Shown one piece after another: positions 63,080-64,000 of a DNA stretch of 64,000 nucleotides. The position numbers were made by a program, and so were the translations under genes. Source of the DNA: a virus (lineage: Duplodnaviria > Caudoviricetes); the IMG/VR virus record IMGVR_UViG_3300033072_001141, positions 1-64,000 of that record, one strand, 5' to 3'. How positions within the stretch are numbered: position 1 is the stretch's first letter; the number at the start of each line of letters is the position of its first letter. The notes beneath the pieces were generated by a model. That model searched no databases. It had not been told where the DNA came from and was given only the letters and a program-made list of their open reading frames with translations.

Positions 63080-63865
63080 TCACCCCGTGATGAACGGAAC
63101 CGGCTCGCTGAGGGCCTTGATCTCCTCGTTGAGCGCCTCGATCTCCCCCTGAGCTTCACCCAGGAGGGTGTCGCCGTCCATGTTCTTCGACCCGCCGGCA
63201 GACGGCATCCCATCCGTGTACTTCCCTCGGACGCGCGCCAGCATCCACTTCGTCTTGGCGTGCGCGTAGCGAAGGATGATGTCCCGGTCCCGGAAGGTCA
63301 TCCTCCGGCGGAAGTCGTTGACCGGCGTCACGGCCGGCGCGACTGGATCCTCCGTGACCACGACGGTCGAGAGGTAGTACGCGACCATCGCTCCTGACCG
63401 CTGCGCGTTGGGGTAGACGTGGACCGTGTTGGTCCCCTTGTCGTACTCCCACGCGGGCTCCGAGCCGACGATCCGACGGGCCGTCTCCGCGTGCTGGAGG
63501 ATGAGCTTGAAGGTCCCGTAGAAGCTGCCGCCAGGTACGCCGCTGATCGAGCTGCAGGCGACCGGCACCTGATCCACGTCGATGAAGGCGTACGGGTTGA
63601 CGGTCCCGATGATGTCGAGCGCCACGCCTGGGAAGACGACCTGGAAAACCACGTCGCAGTCGTCCGGCATCACGTAGTCCACGATGCCGGGAACGAGGTT
63701 GACGACGGCTCTCCGCTGGATGCCCTTGCGGGCCGCGTACCAGCGGAGAGCGTCGTTGAAGGCCGTGTCGAAGTGCTCCTGGAGCAGTTCGATCACGACC
63801 GAACCGCCACCGAGCTGGAGTTTGAGCCACTCGATGGCCTCGGTCCTGTTCATGGGGTCGGTCAC
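63080..63865 (-). CDS. Neck protein (T4 gp13-like adaptor)
   Basis: EWLKLQLGG..V.IEL...F..AL; ILRYAHAKTK..L...RGKY...P..GG...DG..L..EA..EI..L. Confidence 0.9.
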   Translation of the reverse strand: MTDPMNRTEAIEWLKLQLGGGSVVIELLQEHFDTAFNDALRWYAARKGIQRRAVVNLVPGIVDYVMPDDCDVVFQVVFPGVALDIIGTVNPYAFIDVDQVPVACSSISGVPGGSFYGTFKLILQHAETARRIVGSEPAWEYDKGTNTVHVYPNAQRSGAMVAYYLSTVVVTEDPVAPAVTPVNDFRRRMTFRDRDIILRYAHAKTKWMLARVRGKYTDGMPSAGGSKNMDGDTLLGEAQGEIEALNEEIKALSEPVPFITG

Positions 63866-63894
63866 GATCTACCTCCAGGATGCTTCGGTCTCGG

Positions 63895-63999
63895 TCACTC
63901 CTTGTCGCCAGCTCCGGCGTCGGAGCTGGCCCCGGGGCCAGGCGCCTCCGGATCGGTCTGACCGGTGCTCTCGGTCTTGGGATCCTCGTCGGTCTTGGT
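63895..63999 (-). CDS. 3' end of a gene entering from beyond the window
   Basis: Open frame ...PGASSDAGAGDKE*. Confidence 0.4.
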   Translation of the reverse strand, partial: TKTDEDPKTESTGQTDPEAPGPGASSDAGAGDKE

Positions 64000-64000
64000 C

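Noticed and set aside
20069-63865. Interpretation as a bacterial eCIS/tailocin or a prophage
   Set aside because: Neck proteins, early phage genes and 64 kb of co-oriented phage-type genes are present; no host genes, integrase or att site were seen.
1-64000. Long plus-strand ORFs (e.g. 9223-10791, 21124-23391, 26791-28944, 55475-57937)
   Set aside because: They are antisense shadows of GC3-rich minus-strand genes, with Arg/Gly/Val-biased composition, no motifs and no RBS.
1-64000. CRISPR array, tRNA or rRNA genes
   Set aside because: No repeat-spacer periodicity or cloverleaf/T-loop signature was seen by eye; a tRNAscan/Infernal run would be needed to exclude them fully.
1-64000. Stop-codon reassignment
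   Set aside because: TAG, TGA and TAA all terminate full-length conserved genes.

Overview
This 64 kb window is part of a large, high-GC (about two-thirds G+C by eye), contractile-tailed phage genome distantly related to T4-type myoviruses. Essentially every credible gene is on the minus strand; the long plus-strand ORFs are GC-rich antisense shadows. About 1-8.9 kb holds small early/middle-type genes (Gp157, YkgJ-type, DUF3037-like, zinc-finger proteins) behind TTGAC-16/17-TAnnnT promoters. About 8.9-20 kb holds lysis genes (holin, spanin-like) mixed with probable capsid-internal proteins, including an intact RelA/SpoT-type synthetase domain. About 20-64 kb is the morphogenesis module: neck gp13/gp14-like, terminator, sheath, two tube paralogues, chaperone with a -1 slippery site, tape measure, LysM, hub, spike, gp25, baseplate wedges and fibres. 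Three patterns stand out. (1) Thirteen free-standing endonuclease genes (HNH, Endo VII, LAGLIDADG) sit at gene junctions; many keep the old start of the invaded gene and supply a synonymously recoded copy downstream. (2) About eight unrelated proteins share an N-terminal leader, and two polyproteins are punctuated by [LIV]-x-E linkers, suggesting a protease-processed capsid cargo system that may include the RelA/SpoT enzyme. (3) Many late genes have TAnnnT boxes 6-7 nt upstream of the start codon, implying leaderless mRNAs. All family calls come from motif recognition by eye; no database search was run.
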